DNA of 63,562 bases, filler included, from Nemertoderma westbladi (taxonomy: Eukaryota > Animalia > Xenacoelomorpha), in the NCBI GenBank assembly GCA_032718475.1. It is 4 parts of 4 records of this genome, joined end to end, with 100 filler letters (N's around TTAATTAATTAA, not from the genome) between each part and the next. Parts side by side here need not be neighbours in the genome. Positions count along the whole stretch, not along the records: positions 60,005 to 63,562 come from JAUCBJ010001730.1; 3 more parts are not named here. One strand, 5' to 3'. The first letter of the stretch is position 1. The number at the start of each line of letters is the position of its first letter. Under the pieces are notes generated by a model. The model was not told the DNA's origin. It saw only the letters and a list, made by a program, of their open reading frames with translations, and made no database searches. The position numbers were made by a program, and so were the translations under genes. This document shows positions 60,290 through 63,562 of this stretch, piece by piece.

Positions 60290-60502
60290 AGGTCGTGGGT
60301 TCGATCCTGCATGGCAGTTTTAGTTTCAGCAGGAATGCTTTAAAGGATTAGCCAGGGCCTTGCATCTTTCATCACTTGCGCCTTGCATCCTTAAATGAGT
60401 ACTGAAGTTTCCTCTGAGGAGTATAGTTCAGGGGGGACCGCACTGGAAATAAGGACCTATCGGTCCTATCGGTCGAAGAAGATTTCCCTTTACTTTACTT
60501 TT
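60290..60502 (+). mobile_element. second SINE-like element
   Basis: B box GGTTCGATCC, AAATGAGTAC core, (CTTTA)n tail. Confidence 0.5.
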
Positions 60503-61192
60503 AGCAGTACCAAAGTAGACATTGTTTTCACACAGTGGGACAGACAAGTACTGGCATAGGCCGTGGCGACAGCTGACAATTGTACTTGCAATTGACAATT
60601 GCAATTGACAATTGTACCTTATTCAATTCTACAGTACAGGCCACCAGAAAAAGCAAATTTCATCAAATGTTATCACATGTGAACACATTTGATCAAGTCA
60701 TCTGATTGGCAGGTCACTGATTAATTCAATGGCGAGTTATCTTCTATATCACACAGCAATAGCTGTATGTCTAATATGCGGAATATGTGTTACAATGCGG
60801 ATATGGGCTTTATTGGTAGAGAGAGAACCACATACATACAAGATTCATGGATTCATAGAGATTCATGGAGTGTATGGGAGTGGATGGGTATATGGATGGA
60901 GGAGCCTAGACCATTGAATAATTAATTTAGTGCAGGGAGATGTCACGCAATTAGTCTTACACCAAGAGGGCACAGAGAAAGACCATACCAGAAGAACATG
61001 CCATGCCTTAACATCACTAACTACTGTATAGGCCTGCCTACTAGACACTATTAACCGCACACGATAAAGGTAAACAAAATCCTTATCGCATTTCAGCTGC
61101 AGTGAGTGACAGTTCGCGGCAAACTACACAGAGTTTCCAGATTACTAAGGACGAAGCTACCTATCTTTCTTAGGACTAACTAATACCTAAAT

Positions 61193-63562
61193 AAGTTCAA
61201 GAAGCGAACTGGAAAGCTATGGACTCATAGTGGACCCAGTGGTCACAAGTCCCAGATAGACCATATTCTGTTTCGTAGGAAATACAGGAGCTCTATACAA
61301 GACTGTAATGCATTTACACTTCGACCCTTCTCCAGTGATCACCGCCTTATTGTGGCCAAGGTAAGACTTAGTCTGCGTGCTAGCAGAACAACGAAATCTG
61401 CCTTGCCACGGCATGACTGGTCCTCTCTGTTGCAACAGCCAAGTGTGAGATCCAGCTTCACACTACAGCTGAGCAACAGGTATGAGGCTCTTGCCTCTGA
61501 GGCGGCAGATCACTGTGAGGGCTATACTGCCTTTACAGAAGCAGTTAAGTTAGCAGCTGCAGAAACAGTTCCTGTATACCCTCGAAACAGGAAAAGGGCC
61601 CCCTGGACTGACAACAAAATTCAGAAGTGCCGAAATGACCTTCATAAGGCGCAGAAAGAGTCCCGACTCAAACAGACTACAGCGGCCAAGAATGCAGTTA
61701 AAGCTGCATCTAGGTCTCTGAACAGGCAGTACTCTGTTAATCTACAGGAGCTAATAAACCAACAGGTTGATGCCATCAATGATGCTGACGACAGCAGGCA
61801 ATCATCCCAGGCATGGAAATCGATCAATCTGCTTACTGGGCGGAAAAGCCAACCAACCACCAAGGTTAAGGCTGAATCACCAGCCGATCGCCTCAATGGT
61901 TGGAAAGCCCACTTTGAAAAGCTCCTCAATAATGACAGGGTATTGCCTGATAACTTTATAGAAGTAAAAGTGTCTGAGTCTGTACTCCCAGATATTCCCA
62001 TTGGCGATATCTCCTTTGCAGAAGTGAAGGCTGCTGCAAAGAGCATTAAGACCAATCGTGCCAGTGGAGTAGATGGTGTTCCCCCTGAGGTCTTTAAAAT
62101 ACCTGAGTGTCTAAAGCTCATCTATCCCATCATAGTAGACATGTACCGTACAACAAGAGTCCCACAAGAAATGAAAACAAATAAGTTGGTGCCAGTTCCC
62201 AAGAAGGGCAACCTAACACTCTATGGTTCTTTTCGGGGAATCTCATTGATCTCGATTGCTGCAAAACTATACAATAGAATTCTATTAAATCGCATCAGGG
62301 ATCCCATTGAGAGACTGCTACGTGGAAATCAGAATGGGTTCCGTAAAGGTCGTGGGACCATGGAGCCCATTTTGGCACTTAGAAGGATAATTGAAGAGTT
62401 ATCAAAAAAGAAAGACAGGCATCTGGCTGTTATCTTTGTTGACTTCTTCAAGGCCTTTGATTCAGTCTCTCGCTCACGTATGTTCAGCATACTTTCATTA
62501 TATGGGATTCCTGATGAAATTATTGCAGCAATCAGATCAGTATACGATGGTTCGACAACATTTGTGTCTACTGTTGACGGTGACACAGAACCATTTGAAG
62601 TGTTATGGGGCGTCCTCCAAGGAGACACACTTGCACCATTCTTGTTCATTATTGTGGTTGACTATGTTCTACGCATGTCCTTAGATCATCATAATGATGA
62701 TGGGGTGATGATAACTCCACCTACTGGCTCCAGAAGTCGAGGAAATCCTGCCAAGTACCTAACTGATCTAGACTTTGCTGATGACTTAGGAGTACTCTCA
62801 GAATCATTAGAGGGAGCCCAGCGGCTCCTCAGCTCATTAGAACATGCTGCTTCTAGTGTTGGTCTTTTTATTAACTCCAGAAAGACCAAAATTCTGACAG
62901 TTAACTTTGAAAGTCCTCAGCAAGTCTCTGATCGGATGAGCATAAGCTCAAAGGATGGTATGCTTGAGCATGTGGACGACTTCTGTTACCTGGGATCATG
63001 GATCCGGAAGTCAGGTGAGGACCTTCGAATACGTAAGGGAAAGGCATGGGCAGCCTTGAATAGGCTTTCCAGGATTTGGAAGTCACCTAGAATTAATCGG
63101 AAACTTAAGGTCCGATTATTTAGAGCAGCAGTAGTTCCAGTACTCCTCTACGGGAGTCCATGCTGGGCTCTAACTGCTGAGGACACCAAATCTCTGGATG
63201 GCACATTCACAAGAATGCTACGCCGGGTACATCGTGTCAAGTACAATGCACACATCTCCAACCAGACACTATATAACATTGGAGGTGTCTCATTGGTTCC
63301 CCCAAGCTTGACACTAGAACAAAATCGCCTCCGCTTTGCAGGACATTGCTTTCGCCGTGAGGACCAGCCAGTGCATAATCTTGTACTTTGGCAGCCTCAT
63401 GGAGTGAATAAGCATGGTGGACAGCCCATGACTTTCTTGAGACGCATCTTAAAGGACACTGGCCTTAAAGATGCGGATGATCTAGCAAATGTCATGGGTG
63501 ATAGGGAGTTGTGGCGGCGCAATTTTGTTGACAAGCCGGCACAGCATTCTTAAAAATGCAGC
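61193..63562 (+). mobile_element. RTE-type LINE, 5'-truncated within the endonuclease; RT open (ORF ends at 63553)
   Basis: KLWTH..QIDHIL..SDH, then PKKG.L...FRGISL, QNGFR, FVDFFKAFDS, GVLQGD.LAPFLF, FADD, RLRFAGH. Confidence 0.95.

Overview
Repeat-dense animal (invertebrate-type) genomic DNA made of four contig pieces joined by artificial 100-bp N spacers that carry a six-frame-stop linker (TTAATTAATTAA). Adjacency across 16446-16545, 43591-43690 and 59905-60004 is therefore not guaranteed. Host genes: four ankyrin-repeat exons of the mechanosensory channel NompC/TRPN (missed or fragmented in the ORF track), an intronless Hox-like+TLC ceramide synthase apparently nested antisense in a NompC intron, an intronless UBC9, and the 5' end of RPS7. 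The rest is mobile DNA: a young Copia, an internally deleted CsRn1-type Gypsy, a BEL/Pao pol followed by an orphan ORF, RTE and RTEX-like LINEs, SINEs, nested MITE/foldback elements, a Ginger-like MITE and several minisatellites. Most interesting: (i) an LTR-retroelement remnant whose 3' cargo is a decayed ~830-codon gene combining a DEDD-like 3'-5' exonuclease with three CCHC zinc knuckles and a candidate spliceosomal intron; (ii) minisatellites seeded on gene signals (an exon end plus splice donor amplified ~100 times; a stop-codon context amplified); (iii) pervasive TA-flanked micro-insertions (TACAGTA, TACCGGTA, TAGGCCTA) that look like transposon excision footprints and cluster upstream of genes. 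All protein assignments come from manual motif recognition; no searches were run.
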